From assembly GCA_903862565.1 (NCBI GenBank), contig CAIOYU010000651.1, forward strand, positions 1 to 56,165: 56,165 nucleotides of DNA, written 5' to 3'. Shown piece by piece: positions 26,834 to 38,301 of this stretch. Source of the DNA: an uncultured Actinomycetes bacterium. GTDB lineage: Bacteria > Actinomycetota > Actinomycetes > Mycobacteriales > Mycobacteriaceae. A program made the translations under genes and the position numbers. Below the pieces are notes generated by a model. That model was not told the origin of the DNA and ran no database searches. It worked only from the letters and a program-made list of their open reading frames with translations. How positions within the stretch are numbered: the first letter of the stretch is position 1; the number at the start of each line of letters is the position of its first letter.

Positions 26834-28550
26834 CCACATTGTCAACATCTTCGCCAGCGCGGTCGGCATGCTGGCGTCGTCCCCTGCTCGCTCCCACGAA
26901 TTGTTCAGGGAAATAACCGATTACGACGACTCCGCCTGCGACGCCTGGGTCGGTCGGATCGGCTGTGGGGATACCGACCGGGTGACGCTGTTCCGGGCGT
27001 GGTACTCGCGCAGGAACTTCGGCCGATTGGCCGGTGCTGCCGAAGTCGCCCTCAACGCGCTCAACGCGCGGGTGCCGATCGGCGGGGGGTTCGGCAACAT
27101 CACCTACCCGGTCAACTCTCCACTGGCCCTGACCATGGGCTTCGCGGTCTCTGAGGCCACCGCGGGGAACTACGCCGACGCGATGGAGGCCATCGGCGAT
27201 GCCGCCGCACCTCCCGGCGCCGCGTACCTGGTCTCCTGGGTCAAGGCGGTGATCTACGGCGCCGCCCAGCGTTGGACCGACGTCATCGACGAGGTCAGGA
27301 ACGCCGAATCCTGGCCTGACCCGTTCCTCGCTTCGGCGGCCAAGGTGGCCCATGGGGTCGCCGCGGCGAACCTTGGGTTGTTCAACGAGGCTGAACGCCG
27401 ACTGACTGAGGCGAACTCGGCGCCGGCCGGTGCGGCGTGCGCCACCGTCATCGCGTGGTATCTCTCGATGACCCGCCGTGCGCTGGGCAACGAGGACGGC
27501 GCGGTGGTGCTGCTGGAGTGGTTGCAGGCCACCCATCCGACCCCGAGAGTGGCGGAGGCCCTGAAGAATCCCGGCTTCCGGTTGATCACCACCTCCGCCG
27601 AGAGCATCGAGTCCCGCAGCGACGCATGGGATCCGCAGAGTGTCGTCGCCGACAACTCCGGCCGGGAGGCCCTGCTCGCCGAAGCGCAGAAGGAACTGGA
27701 CGGCCAGATCGGACTGGGACGGGTCAAGGAACAGGTCGACCGCTACCGGGCGGCGACGCAGATGGCCAAAGTCCGTGGCGCCCGGGGCATGAAGGTGGGC
27801 CAGTCCAGTCGGCACATGATCTTCACCGGACCGCCAGGTACCGGCAAGACGACCATCGCCCGAGTTGTCGCCAACATCCTTGCCGGCCTTGGGGTTATCG
27901 CGGAACCGAAACTGGTGGAGACCTCGCGCAAGGACTTCGTCGCCGAGTACGAGGGGCAGTCGGCGGTCAAGACCACCAAGACCATCGACCGCGCCCTCGG
28001 CGGTGTGCTGTTCATCGACGAGGCCTACACGCTCGTCCAGGAACGCGACGGGCGCACCGACCCGTTCGGCACCGAGGCACTGGACACCCTGCTGGCCCGG
28101 ATGGAGAACGACCGGGACCAGTTGGTCGTGGTCATCGCGGGCTACAGCAATGACATCGACCGTCTTCTGGAGGCCAACGACGGATTGCGTTCCCGCTTCG
28201 CCACCCGCATCGAGTTCGAGTCGTACTCGCCCGATGAGATCGCCCAGATCGCCGACGTGCTTGCGGAGAAGAGCGACTCGCGTCTGGACAACGACGCCGT
28301 CCAGCACGTCGTCAAAGCGGCGACCGCGCTGAGCGGTCAGCGTCTCAACGGCAAGCCCGCCCTCGACATCGCCGGGAATGGCCGTTACGCAAGGCAATTG
28401 GTGGAAGCGGCGGAGGAGTGCCGCGACCTGCGGTTGAGTCGATTGCCGAACCTGGAGCAACTCGCGACTGAGGAGCTGGCCACCGTGACCGGTGACGACA
28501 TGGCCGCGGCGATCTCAGCCGTCCATTCCCGGCTCGGCGTGGGGGAGTAG
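26826..28550 (+). CDS. eccA1: ESX-1 AAA+ ATPase EccA
   Basis: ACDAWVGR, GPPGTGKT, LFIDEAY, RMENDRD, AGNGRYARQLVE. Confidence 0.96.
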   Translation: MADHIVNIFASAVGMLASSPARSHELFREITDYDDSACDAWVGRIGCGDTDRVTLFRAWYSRRNFGRLAGAAEVALNALNARVPIGGGFGNITYPVNSPLALTMGFAVSEATAGNYADAMEAIGDAAAPPGAAYLVSWVKAVIYGAAQRWTDVIDEVRNAESWPDPFLASAAKVAHGVAAANLGLFNEAERRLTEANSAPAGAACATVIAWYLSMTRRALGNEDGAVVLLEWLQATHPTPRVAEALKNPGFRLITTSAESIESRSDAWDPQSVVADNSGREALLAEAQKELDGQIGLGRVKEQVDRYRAATQMAKVRGARGMKVGQSSRHMIFTGPPGTGKTTIARVVANILAGLGVIAEPKLVETSRKDFVAEYEGQSAVKTTKTIDRALGGVLFIDEAYTLVQERDGRTDPFGTEALDTLLARMENDRDQLVVVIAGYSNDIDRLLEANDGLRSRFATRIEFESYSPDEIAQIADVLAEKSDSRLDNDAVQHVVKAATALSGQRLNGKPALDIAGNGRYARQLVEAAEECRDLRLSRLPNLEQLATEELATVTGDDMAAAISAVHSRLGVGE

Positions 28551-28553
28551 CCG

Positions 28554-30014
28554 GTGGCGGGATATCGGCTCACCACCAAGGTCCAGGTCAGCGGCTGGCG
28601 CTTCCTGCTTCGCCGGGTCGAGCATGCGATTGTCCGGCGCGACACCCGCATGTTCGACGATCCGTTGCGGTTCTACAGCCGCGCGGTCGCCACGGGCGTC
28701 ATCATCGCGACCCTGGTCGGTGTGGGCGCGGTGTTGTCGGCGTACTTCAAGCCGTTGGGCAAGCGCGGCAACGACAGCCTGGTCGTGGACCGTTCGACGA
28801 ACCAGCTCTACGTGATGCTGCCTGGATCATCGCAGCTGCGACCCGTGTACAACCTGACCTCGGCGCGCCTCGTACTCGGGAGCGCGGGCAGCCCGGTGGC
28901 GGTGAAGTCCGAGGAACTCAACAAGATTCCCAAGGGGCAGCCGATCGGCATTCCCGGTGCCCCCTATGCCACCCCGGTGTCGAAGAACCCTGCCTCGAAC
29001 TGGTCATTGTGCGACACCGTCATGAACCCGCAGTCGGTGTCGCCGACGGTGGATACCGCCGCGATCGTGTTGCCGGTGACCACCGACGCCGCGATCGGTG
29101 CGATGGCCGAGGGCCAGGGCGTCGTCGTCTCCTTCGAGAGACGCGACTGGCTGGTCACCAGGGACGGCCGGCACGCCATCGACCTGGCCAACCGGGCGGT
29201 GGCCGCCGCCGTCGGGGTACCCGTCACCGTGAAGGCCACCCCGATCTCGCAGGGCCTGTTCAACGCGATCAAGGACGTCGGACCGTGGCAGCTGCCGCCG
29301 ATCGACAAAGCCGGTGAGCCCAACAGCGTCGGACTGCCGCGTAACCTGGTGATCGGATCGGTATTCCAGGCATTGGGCGACAAGGGAACTCAGAACTACG
29401 TCGTCCTCTCCGACGGGGTGGCCAAAGTCGGCAACATCACCGCCGCGGCATTGCGCGCCAGTGACTCCCACGGTCTGGTGACCCCGCCTATGCTCGAGAT
29501 CAGCCTGGTCACGAAGACACCGGAGAAGGTGTACGACTCGCCGCTGCCGACCGTGCCGCTGACCATCATCGACCGCGCCGAATCCCCGGTGTTGTGCTGG
29601 ACCTGGTCGCGGGCCGCCGGCGAGCAGACGGCTCAGAGTTCGGTACTCGTGGGCAGGCACCTCCCGCTGACGCCGGATCGCCTGAACACCGGAATCAAGC
29701 AGATCGCCGGTGGGCTGACGGTCTTCATCGACGGCGGTCAGTACGTGCGGTTGCAGGCACCCGACCCGCGCTACGGCGAGGGCCTCTACTACGTCGACCC
29801 CCAAGGCGTCCGTTACGGACTGGCCGATGAGGAGACGGCGAAGGTTCTTGATCTTTTCGACCCGAAGAACGCGCCCTGGCAGGTGGTGAACCTGCTCGTC
29901 GACGGACCGGTGCTGTCGAAGCAGGCGGCTCTAGTCGAGCACGACACACTGCCGGCCGATCCGCGGCCCCGCCCCATCGGTGACGGTCAGCCCGGTCAGA
30001 ACGGAGGCCGATGA
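28554..30014 (+). CDS. eccB1: ESX-1 membrane component EccB
   Basis: [42 protein letters not shown]. Confidence 0.96.
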   Translation: MAGYRLTTKVQVSGWRFLLRRVEHAIVRRDTRMFDDPLRFYSRAVATGVIIATLVGVGAVLSAYFKPLGKRGNDSLVVDRSTNQLYVMLPGSSQLRPVYNLTSARLVLGSAGSPVAVKSEELNKIPKGQPIGIPGAPYATPVSKNPASNWSLCDTVMNPQSVSPTVDTAAIVLPVTTDAAIGAMAEGQGVVVSFERRDWLVTRDGRHAIDLANRAVAAAVGVPVTVKATPISQGLFNAIKDVGPWQLPPIDKAGEPNSVGLPRNLVIGSVFQALGDKGTQNYVVLSDGVAKVGNITAAALRASDSHGLVTPPMLEISLVTKTPEKVYDSPLPTVPLTIIDRAESPVLCWTWSRAAGEQTAQSSVLVGRHLPLTPDRLNTGIKQIAGGLTVFIDGGQYVRLQAPDPRYGEGLYYVDPQGVRYGLADEETAKVLDLFDPKNAPWQVVNLLVDGPVLSKQAALVEHDTLPADPRPRPIGDGQPGQNGGR

Positions 30015-32254
30015 CCACCCGGAAGTTCACCCCCACGATCAAGCGCGGACCACGCCTGACCCCGGGCGAGATCACCGTGGCCCCGCCGGATGATCTCGGC
30101 ATCGAGATACCGGCGTCCGGTCTGCAGAAAGCTCTGCCGTACGTCATGGGCGGCGGGATGCTGGGGATGATCGGCATCATGCTCTTCACCGGTGTACGGC
30201 AGCTTTCGCCGTACATGCTGATGATGCCGCTGATGATGATCATGGCAACCGTCGGCTTCATGGCCGGCGGCGGCCCGAGCGGCAAAAAAATCCCCGAGAT
30301 CGACGAGGACCGTAAGGAATACCTGCGCTACCTCGGCAACATCCGCAGCCGCGTCACCGAGTCCGCCACCGCGCAGGTCGCGTTCTTCGCCTACCACGCG
30401 CCCCACCCCGACGACCTGCTGTCCCTCGTCGGCTCCACCCGGCAGTGGTCGCGCCCGGCGAACTCCGAGTTCTATGCCGCCACCCGGATCGGGATCGGCT
30501 CGGAACCGGCGGTCGACCGGTTGCTCAAACCGGCTCTCGGGGGCGAACTGTCGGGTCCGGACGCTGCCCCGCAGGCCCACCTCGAGCCGGTGAGCCACAT
30601 GTGGCTCACGAAATTCCTGCGCACTCACGGTCTGGTTCACGATTGCCCGAAGCTGGTTCAGCTCAGGACATTCCCGACCATCGCGATCGGCGGCGACCCT
30701 GACCGTGCCGCCGCCCTGCTCCGGGCGATGATCTGCCATCTGGCGGTGTTCCACCCGCCGGACCTGCTGCAGATCCGGGTGCTGACCACAGATCCCGAGG
30801 ACCCGGACTGGGAATTCCTGAAGTGGCTGCCGCACACCCAGGACCAGACCGAGACCGACGAGACAGGTTCGGCCCGAATGGTGTTCACCCGCACCGACGG
30901 TTTCACCGACCTCGCGGCCCGCGGACCGCACACCCCGGACGCGGCCCCCGGCGGTCCGTGGGTGGTGGTGGTGGATCTGACCGGTGAAGGGGCCGGGTTC
31001 CCGGTGGACGGCCGCGCCGGTGTGACGGTGCTGACGCTGGGCAATCACCGCGGTTCGGCCTACCGGATCAAAGTGGCCGAGGACGGAACCGCCGAGGACA
31101 AGCTGCCCAATCACGGCTATCGCCTGCTGGTCTCGGGTTGCGACGAGGTCTCACCCGCCGACGCCGGCCGGATCGCCCGGAAGCTCGCGGGGTGGTCCAT
31201 CACCGGCGCGATCATCGACAAAGGGACCCGGGTTCAGAAGAAGGTGGCCACCGAGTGGTACCAACTCGTCGGTGCCGAGTCCGTCGAGCAGGTGACCCCC
31301 GCCCGGTGGCGGATGTTCGCCGACACCGACCGGGACCGGCTGAGGATCCCGTTCGGCCATGAACTCAAGACCGGTGACATCCAGCACCTGGACATCAAGG
31401 AGGGCGCCGAATTCGGTGCCGGTCCGCACGGAATGCTCATCGGAACAACCGGTTCGGGCAAATCGGAGTTCCTGCGCACGCTGATCCTGTCGTTGGCGGC
31501 CACGCATCACCCCGATCAGGTCAACCTGCTGCTGACCGATTTCAAGGGCGGCTCGACCTTCCTGGGCATGGAAAAGCTGCCGCACACCGTCGCGGTGGTG
31601 ACCAACATGGAGGAGGAGGCCGAACTCGTCAGCCGCATGGGCGAAGTGCTCATGGGCGAACTCGACCGCCGGCAGGCGATCCTGCGTCAGGCCGGTATGC
31701 AGGTCGGCGCGGCCGGAGCGCTGTCGGGGGTGGCCGAGTACGAGAGGCATCGCGAACGCGGGGCCGACCTTCCGCCGCTGCCGACGTTGTTCGTCGTCGT
31801 CGACGAGTTCGCCGAACTCCTGCAGAACCATCCGGACTTCATCGCCCTGTTCGACCGGATCTGCCGGGTGGGCCGATCCCTGCGCGTGCACCTGCTGCTG
31901 GCCACCCAGTCGCTCAACACCGGCGGTGCGCGCATCGACAAACTCGAGCCCAACCTGACCTATCGGATCGCGCTGCGCACCACCAGTTCAGCGGAATCCA
32001 AGGCGGTGATCGGGACACCGGAGGCGCAATACATCACCAACAAGGAGAGCGGTGTCGGATTCCTGCGGGTCGGCATGGAGGACCCGGTCAAGTTCCAGGC
32101 CGCCTACACCGGCAACACCTACGTCCCCGCCGCGCTGACAGAGTCCGACGCGGCGTCGACTGAGCGGAAGAACCAGGGTCTGGACGGTTTCCGGATCCGG
32201 AAATTCACCACCGCCCCGGTGTTCGACGCAGCAGGAGCCCGACGTGAGTACTGA
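30011..32254 (+). CDS. eccCa1: ESX-1 FtsK-type ATPase EccCa
   Basis: [37 protein letters not shown]; split eccC typical of ESX-1. Confidence 0.97.
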   Translation: MTTRKFTPTIKRGPRLTPGEITVAPPDDLGIEIPASGLQKALPYVMGGGMLGMIGIMLFTGVRQLSPYMLMMPLMMIMATVGFMAGGGPSGKKIPEIDEDRKEYLRYLGNIRSRVTESATAQVAFFAYHAPHPDDLLSLVGSTRQWSRPANSEFYAATRIGIGSEPAVDRLLKPALGGELSGPDAAPQAHLEPVSHMWLTKFLRTHGLVHDCPKLVQLRTFPTIAIGGDPDRAAALLRAMICHLAVFHPPDLLQIRVLTTDPEDPDWEFLKWLPHTQDQTETDETGSARMVFTRTDGFTDLAARGPHTPDAAPGGPWVVVVDLTGEGAGFPVDGRAGVTVLTLGNHRGSAYRIKVAEDGTAEDKLPNHGYRLLVSGCDEVSPADAGRIARKLAGWSITGAIIDKGTRVQKKVATEWYQLVGAESVEQVTPARWRMFADTDRDRLRIPFGHELKTGDIQHLDIKEGAEFGAGPHGMLIGTTGSGKSEFLRTLILSLAATHHPDQVNLLLTDFKGGSTFLGMEKLPHTVAVVTNMEEEAELVSRMGEVLMGELDRRQAILRQAGMQVGAAGALSGVAEYERHRERGADLPPLPTLFVVVDEFAELLQNHPDFIALFDRICRVGRSLRVHLLLATQSLNTGGARIDKLEPNLTYRIALRTTSSAESKAVIGTPEAQYITNKESGVGFLRVGMEDPVKFQAAYTGNTYVPAALTESDAASTERKNQGLDGFRIRKFTTAPVFDAAGARREY

Positions 32255-33992
32255 CGCCGAACCCCGGGTGCTGCGGGAGGTCGTGCTCAACCAGCTGACG
32301 ACCGGAGAGACGCGTGCCTACCGAATGTGGTTGCCGCCGTTGACCGATCCCTCCCCGGTCGACGAGCTCGTCAGCCGGGACCGCCGCCAGCCGCTGCGCT
32401 TTCCCTTGGGCATCATGGACGAACCCCGCCGTCACCGCCAGGAGGTGTGGGGAATCGACGTCTCCGGAGGCGGCGGGAACATCGCGATCGGCGGTGCACC
32501 GCAGAGTGGGAAGTCGACGTTCCTGCAGACCATGATGCTGTCGGCCGCGATGACCCACAGTCCGCGTGACGTGCAGTTCTATTGCATCGACTTCGGCGGC
32601 GGCGGGTTGATCTACCTCGAGGACCTTCCCCACGTCGGCGGGGTTGCGGCCCGTACCGAGCCGGACAAGGTCAATCGCACCGTTGCGGAAATGAAAACCG
32701 TTCTGCGCCGGCGGGAACAGGCGTTCAAGGAATACCGTGTCGGATCCATCGCCGACTACCGCCAGATGCGCTGGAACCCTGGTCATCCGGCGTCGCAGGA
32801 CCGCTTCGGCGATGTCTTCCTGGTGATCGACGGCTGGCCCGCGTTCGTCAGCGAGTTCCCCGATCTCGAACCGGTCGTCCAGGACATCGCCAGCCAGGGT
32901 CTGGCCTTCGGTGTGCACACAGTGATCGCCACGCCACGCTGGACCGAGCTGAAGGCCAAGGTGCGCGACTACCTGCAGACCAAGGTCGAGTTCCGACTCG
33001 GCGACGTCAACGAGACACAGGTCGACCGGATGACCCGCGAGATCCCGTTCAACCGTCCCGGGCGTGCCATCTCGGCGGAGAAGCACCACCTCATGATCGG
33101 CGTACCGCGTCTTGACGGCATGCACAGCGCGGAGAATCTCGTCGCTGCGATGACCGCCGCCGTCGATCGTGTCGCCGCGGCCAACACCGACCTCGCTCCT
33201 CAGGTTCGGGTGCTGCCGGAGCGGATCCACCTGCGCGAGCTCGATCCGAATCCTCCCGGGCCGCAGTCGGACTACCGCACCCGGTGGGCTGTCCCGGTCG
33301 GCATCCGGGAGTCGGACCTCTCGCCGGCGACCGCCGACATGGCTGCCATGCCGCATCTGCTGATCTTCGGCGCCGCCAAGTCGGGGAAGACGACGATCGC
33401 CCACGCTGTCGCCCAGGCGATCTGCGCCCGCAACGACCCGTCGCAGGTGCGGTTCATGCTCGCCGACTTCCGCTCCGGACTTCTCGACGCAGTGCCGCAG
33501 AGCCACCTGCTCGACGCGGGGGCGATCAACCGCAACATCAACTCCCTGGAAGAGGCGATCAAGGCGCTGGCCGCCAACCTCGCCAAGCGGCTGCCGCCGG
33601 CGGACCTCACCGCCGCCCAGCTGCGGGCCAGGTCGTGGTGGACCGGACCCGACGTCGTCCTGCTGGTTGACGACTGGCACATGATCGTCGCGGCCAGCGG
33701 GGTGATGCCCCCGATGGCACCGCTGTTCCCGCTGCTCCCGGCCGCCGCCGACATCGGCCTGCATGTCGTGCTCACCTGCCAGATGAGCCAGGCGCACAAG
33801 GCGACGATGGACCGGTTCGTCGGGCCGCTGTACGGCGCCGGGTCACCCACGCTGTTCCTGTCCGGGGACAAGCAGGAGTTCCCGTCGAGCGAGATCAAAC
33901 TCAAGCGGCGCCCCCCTGGCCAGGGCTTTTTCGTCACTCCCGATGGGAAAGAGGTCATTCAGGCGGCTTACATCGAGCCGCCCGCCGAATAA
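32244..33992 (+). CDS. eccCb1: ESX-1 FtsK-type ATPase EccCb
   Basis: [25 protein letters not shown]. Confidence 0.97.
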   Translation: MSTDAEPRVLREVVLNQLTTGETRAYRMWLPPLTDPSPVDELVSRDRRQPLRFPLGIMDEPRRHRQEVWGIDVSGGGGNIAIGGAPQSGKSTFLQTMMLSAAMTHSPRDVQFYCIDFGGGGLIYLEDLPHVGGVAARTEPDKVNRTVAEMKTVLRRREQAFKEYRVGSIADYRQMRWNPGHPASQDRFGDVFLVIDGWPAFVSEFPDLEPVVQDIASQGLAFGVHTVIATPRWTELKAKVRDYLQTKVEFRLGDVNETQVDRMTREIPFNRPGRAISAEKHHLMIGVPRLDGMHSAENLVAAMTAAVDRVAAANTDLAPQVRVLPERIHLRELDPNPPGPQSDYRTRWAVPVGIRESDLSPATADMAAMPHLLIFGAAKSGKTTIAHAVAQAICARNDPSQVRFMLADFRSGLLDAVPQSHLLDAGAINRNINSLEEAIKALAANLAKRLPPADLTAAQLRARSWWTGPDVVLLVDDWHMIVAASGVMPPMAPLFPLLPAAADIGLHVVLTCQMSQAHKATMDRFVGPLYGAGSPTLFLSGDKQEFPSSEIKLKRRPPGQGFFVTPDGKEVIQAAYIEPPAE

Positions 33993-34152
33993 GTGCATCG
34001 ACCACTCTCGGCACGCAAGTAGACTGGTAGTCACAACTTCAGCAAAGTTAAAGAGCATGGCGTAGCAAAGCGTCACTGGGGCTCGGAGCCAGCGGGAGGC
34101 TGGCGGGAGCCGGCACCTCGGAACGCGCGATCACCATAGGGAGGACAAGCAC

Positions 34153-34449
34153 ATGGAACCCATGAGTCACGATCCGGCGGCTGCGGGCGTCGGCGGGGCG
34201 GTCGTCGCCAACGGCGCCACCGGCGCCGCGGCCGGCACTGCCGCGGGTGCCGCCACCACCGCGTTGGTCCCGGCCGGCGTCGATGAGGTCTCGGCTCTGG
34301 CTGCGCTGACGTTCGGGTCCGAAGGCGCTCAGGTCACCGCGATCAACGCGCTCGCCCAGGAAGAGGTGACCCGGGCTGGAGCTGCGGTGATCGAGGTCGC
34401 CGCTACCTATGCCGAGGTGGATGAGGCACACGGCGCGATCCTGAGCTGA
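34153..34449 (+). CDS. PE35: PE35-like protein
   Basis: 98 aa; MSHDP, LVPAGVDEVSA, YAEVD secretion signal; precedes the PPE gene. Confidence 0.88.
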   Translation: MEPMSHDPAAAGVGGAVVANGATGAAAGTAAGAATTALVPAGVDEVSALAALTFGSEGAQVTAINALAQEEVTRAGAAVIEVAATYAEVDEAHGAILS

Positions 34450-34508
34450 CGCTCGGCGCGACGGATTCACGGGACTGGATCGAGACGGGGGCGGGGGTGA
34501 CACAGTAG

Positions 34509-35897
34509 ATGGCTGGATTGCCGATTCCGGCGTTGCCGATGTGGCATGCGATGCCGCCGGAGATCAACACCTCCCGGCTGATGCTGGGAGCCGGGTCCGC
34601 GCCGATGCTCCAGGCGGCGTCGGGCTGGGAAGCCTTCGCGCTGTCCCTGGAGGCTCAGGCCGACGAGTTGGCGGCCTCGCTGGCACAGCTTTCAGCAATG
34701 TGGACCGGGGCGGCTAGCGAACGAGCGGTCTCCGCGATCACGCCGGCGATCACCTGGATGAGGACGACGAGTCTGCAGGCACACAAGCGTGCGCTGCAGG
34801 CCGCCGCCCAGGCCACGGCTCACACCACCGCGCTGGCCGAAACCCCACCCATCCCCGAGATCGAGGAAAACCACATCACCCACGGGGTGCTCGAGGCCAC
34901 GAATTTTCTCGGCGTCAATGCGGTGCCGATCGCGATCAACGAAGAGGACTACTTCGTCCGGATGTGGACTCAGGCCGCAGCCGCCATGGACGCCTACCAG
35001 GCGGAGACCGTGGTGAACACCACGTTCGAACCGATCTCCCCCCTGCCGGCCATCGTCGTTCCCGGAGTCGCCGAGGCTGCAGGTGCAGCCGGCGTGGCTC
35101 AGGCGGCCGCCATGGCACCCAGCGCCGCCGCCCGCGAGGCGGCCATCGCCCACGTCGGAGCGCAGGCGACCGCCGAGTCCACGGCCCTGCAGGTTGGCCG
35201 AGTCGCCTCAACCGCGGATCAGGCTGCGATGACCGGCGAGAACAAAGCGCAACGAGCCGGTGAGACCGCCGCGAACAGCCGGACCGGCCAGGATCAGCTC
35301 GGCCAGCAAGGCATGCAGATGATGAGCCAGATGGCTTCGCAGGTCACACAGTTGCCGCAGCAGGCCGGCCAGCTGCTGCAGAGCCCGATGCAGCAGCTCA
35401 CTCAACCGCTGCAGCAGGTCTCACAGCTGTTCGGCCAGTTCGGTCAGGGCCACGGCGGCACGGGCGGTATCGGCGGTCTCGGATCGTCGCTGTCCGGTGG
35501 AGGACTCGGCCGCGGAGCGCAGGTCGGCATGATCGGCGCGCACCCGTTCTCCAGCCATCCACTCGCCGGCGGCGGCGGCCCGTCGGTCGGTGCGGGACTG
35601 GTGCGAGCCGCTTCGCTGCCCGGGGCCGGGGGTCTCGGTGCCCGTACGCCGATGTTGGCCGGGCTGCTCGGTGTCGGAGAGTCGGGATTGAACCCGGCCT
35701 CGGTGGCGGCCGGCGCGGCCGCCGGGTCCGCGGCGACCGGCCTGGCTCCCGTTGGCGCCGGCGGTGCCGGAGGCATGGGGGGCGCCCCGATGGGCCACAT
35801 GGGCAACCGGGGTACCAGCGGCGGGCGTCGTCAGGCCCTCGGCGGACCCGAGGCGCTGGAGTACGACATCGAAGAAGAAGACGCCGATGACTGGTAG
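34509..35897 (+). CDS. PPE68: PPE68-like protein
   Basis: WHAMPPEINTSRL, WTG, ATNFLGVN, GLVRAASLPG, acidic C-terminus ending DDW. Confidence 0.92.
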   Translation: MAGLPIPALPMWHAMPPEINTSRLMLGAGSAPMLQAASGWEAFALSLEAQADELAASLAQLSAMWTGAASERAVSAITPAITWMRTTSLQAHKRALQAAAQATAHTTALAETPPIPEIEENHITHGVLEATNFLGVNAVPIAINEEDYFVRMWTQAAAAMDAYQAETVVNTTFEPISPLPAIVVPGVAEAAGAAGVAQAAAMAPSAAAREAAIAHVGAQATAESTALQVGRVASTADQAAMTGENKAQRAGETAANSRTGQDQLGQQGMQMMSQMASQVTQLPQQAGQLLQSPMQQLTQPLQQVSQLFGQFGQGHGGTGGIGGLGSSLSGGGLGRGAQVGMIGAHPFSSHPLAGGGGPSVGAGLVRAASLPGAGGLGARTPMLAGLLGVGESGLNPASVAAGAAAGSAATGLAPVGAGGAGGMGGAPMGHMGNRGTSGGRRQALGGPEALEYDIEEEDADDW

Positions 35898-36008
35898 TCG
35901 TATCAGCGGCACCTATCGCATTGGTGCACAAGGACGTCCCGCCCGTCCGGGCCGGGGAACTCGCCAATCCCATGGTGAGGACACAGGAAGAGAATAAGGA
36001 AAACAGCA

Positions 36009-36311
36009 ATGGCACAGATGAATACCGATGCTGCTGTCCTCGCCAAGGAGGCCGGCAACTTCGAGAGAATCTCGGGCGAACTGAAGGCAGTGATCGCTCA
36101 GGTCGAGGGCACCGCCGGCTCCCTGGCCGGGCAGTGGCACGGACAGGCCGGTCAGGCCGCCCAGGCTGCGCTGCTCCGCTTCCAGGAGGCCGCCAACCGG
36201 CAGGTCCAGGAATTGAACGACATTTCCAACAACATCAGCACCGCCGGCGTGCAGTACACCTCCGCCGACGAGGACCAGAGTTCGTCGCTGCAGTCGGCGA
36301 TGAACATCTGA
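36009..36311 (+). CDS. esxB: CFP-10-like WXG100 protein
   Basis: MAQMNTDAAVLAKEAGNFERISGELK, WHG, YTSAD. Confidence 0.97.
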   Translation: MAQMNTDAAVLAKEAGNFERISGELKAVIAQVEGTAGSLAGQWHGQAGQAAQAALLRFQEAANRQVQELNDISNNISTAGVQYTSADEDQSSSLQSAMNI

Positions 36312-36375
36312 TTGCCGCTACCCCATAGACATCTAAAAACGAACTCGGACAACGGAAATCAAGGGAGAATTGAGA

Positions 36376-36663
36376 ATGTCGGAACAGTTGTGGAATTTCG
36401 CCGGTATCGAGGGCGGTTCCTCGGAGATCCAGGGTGCGGTGTCGACCACCCACGGTCTGCTCGACGAGGGCAAGGGCTCGCTGGCGGCGCTGGCCTCGGT
36501 GTGGGGCGGCTCGGGCTCGGAGGCCTACCAGGCCGTGCAGCAGCGCTGGGACAGCACCTCCGCTGAGCTGAACTCTGCTCTGCAGAACCTGGCCCAGACC
36601 ATCAGTGAGGCCAGCTCCAGCATGCAGGGCACGGAATCCGCTGTGACGGGCATGTTCGGCTGA
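36376..36663 (+). CDS. esxA: ESAT-6-like WXG100 protein
   Basis: [28 protein letters not shown]. Confidence 0.98.
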   Translation: MSEQLWNFAGIEGGSSEIQGAVSTTHGLLDEGKGSLAALASVWGGSGSEAYQAVQQRWDSTSAELNSALQNLAQTISEASSSMQGTESAVTGMFG

Positions 36664-36681
36664 TTCAATAGCACCAGGCGG

Positions 36682-36715
36682 AGTTGGCGGGGACGTTCCG
36701 ACGGACCCGCCAACT
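36682..36715 (+). terminator. Hairpin downstream of esxA
   Basis: AGTTGGCGGG (36682-36691) pairs with CCCGCCAACT (36706-36715). Confidence 0.75.
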
Positions 36716-36777
36716 TCCGTCTGGGATCACCATGGGGAACTACACCCGTTAGTCATCAGTGACCTGGAGAGGTGCTC

Positions 36778-38301
36778 GTGCCGGACGATTACGAAAGTCT
36801 GTTCAAAGCCACTGCTGGCGAGGATGATTCGCCGCCGGTGGACGATGACGCGACCGCGCACCTGCCCGAGGGCCCCACATCCGCAGCCGACGAATTCGGC
36901 TCTCCCGGCGGCTGGGATCCCGCCGCCGACGGGGGAGCGGGGCCCACGCCCGCCGCCTCCCAAGCCCGGGGGTCGCAGCGGCCGGGCCTGCAGCCCAACG
37001 TCGGTCTACCTCCCGGGCCGCCTCCCGTCGCACGTCCGCCGGTCCGGTCGTGGCCGGGAATGCCTGCACCGGTGTCGGGCCCCCAGTTGGGTGGGCCTGC
37101 TGGTGCGCCCCCCACCACCGCGAGTCCGATCGCCGCCACCCCGACCGCCGCCGCTCCGCGGACCGAGCAGTGGAGTGCCGAGCAAACCGACTCCGAGGCA
37201 ACAACTCTCGTCTCGACCCAGACCGCTGCCGATGTGCTGAACCGGGCTGTCCCGGCGTCCGCCACACAGCAGTACACCGATGGGCGTACAGAAATCGTCA
37301 ACGTCTGGCCGGTCACCGAGGCCATGGCCAGTACTTCCGAGCAGCCCACCTCGGTGGCCAGCATCGGCAACAACCGCGCTATCGACGCACTGTCCCACGT
37401 CGACGTCAAGACGTCGGTGAAGATGCCCTCCCAGCGTGGGTGGAGGCACATCCTCTACATGCTGACCCGGATCAATCTCGGTCTGTCCCCGGACGAGATC
37501 TACGAGATGGATCTGCACACCCGCATCCGGCGCAATGCGCGGGATTCCTATCAGATCGGTGTTTTCGGACTCAAGGGCGGTGTGGGTAAGACCGCGGTGA
37601 CCGTGGCGCTGGGATCGACTCTGTCCAAGGTTCGTGGCGACCGCATTCTGGCCATCGACGCCGATCCGGACGCCGGGAACCTGGCCGACCGCTGCGGGCG
37701 GGAGTCCGCGGCGAGCATCGCCGATCTGCTGTCCGACCGGAACCTGTCGCGTTACAACGATATTCGCGCGTACACCAGCATGAACAGGGCGAATCTCGAG
37801 ATACTGTCCTCCGACGAGTACAGCGTCGCGCGGCGTCCCTTCGGCCCGGAGGAGTGGGAGGCGGTCACCAACATCGTCTCGCGCTACTACAACCTCGTGC
37901 TCGCCGATTGCGGTGCTGGCCTGTTCCATCCCGCTGCCCGCGCCGTTCTGGGCACCATCTCCGGTCTGGTGATCGTGGCCAGCGCCTCGATCGATGGAGC
38001 CCGCCAGGCCGCGGTCACCATGGACTGGTTGCGCCAGAACGGTTATCAGCACCTGCTCGGAAGAACCTGCGTGGTGATCAACCACACCGTTCCCGGCAAG
38101 CCCAACATCGACGTCGACGACCTGGTGCAGCAGTTCCAGCGCCACGTCAGCCCCGGGCGGGTCGTCGTGCTTCCCTACGACAAGCACATCGCCGCCGCCA
38201 CCGCGATCGACTTCGATCTGCTCGGTTCGGTCTACCAGCGCCGGATGACCGAACTGGCAGCCGCTCTCTCGGATGACTTCGAGCGCCTGGAACGTCGGTG
38301 A
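36778..38301 (+). CDS. espI: EspI MinD/ParA-like ATPase
   Basis: DYESLF start, Pro-rich N-terminus, RINLGLSPDE, GLKGGVGKT, LDWL-like MDWLRQNGY. Confidence 0.93.
   Translation: MPDDYESLFKATAGEDDSPPVDDDATAHLPEGPTSAADEFGSPGGWDPAADGGAGPTPAASQARGSQRPGLQPNVGLPPGPPPVARPPVRSWPGMPAPVSGPQLGGPAGAPPTTASPIAATPTAAAPRTEQWSAEQTDSEATTLVSTQTAADVLNRAVPASATQQYTDGRTEIVNVWPVTEAMASTSEQPTSVASIGNNRAIDALSHVDVKTSVKMPSQRGWRHILYMLTRINLGLSPDEIYEMDLHTRIRRNARDSYQIGVFGLKGGVGKTAVTVALGSTLSKVRGDRILAIDADPDAGNLADRCGRESAASIADLLSDRNLSRYNDIRAYTSMNRANLEILSSDEYSVARRPFGPEEWEAVTNIVSRYYNLVLADCGAGLFHPAARAVLGTISGLVIVASASIDGARQAAVTMDWLRQNGYQHLLGRTCVVINHTVPGKPNIDVDDLVQQFQRHVSPGRVVVLPYDKHIAAATAIDFDLLGSVYQRRMTELAAALSDDFERLERR

Noticed and set aside
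26685-28460. Long antisense/alternate-frame ORFs (e.g. 26685-28460, 32205-33797, 38232-39836, 41773-43485, 48499-49977, 17277-18746)
   Set aside because: Shadow frames of well-supported genes, expected in high-GC DNA; no motifs of their own
30011-33992. eccC split into two ORFs as a possible frameshift
   Set aside because: The eccCa1/eccCb1 split is normal for ESX-1
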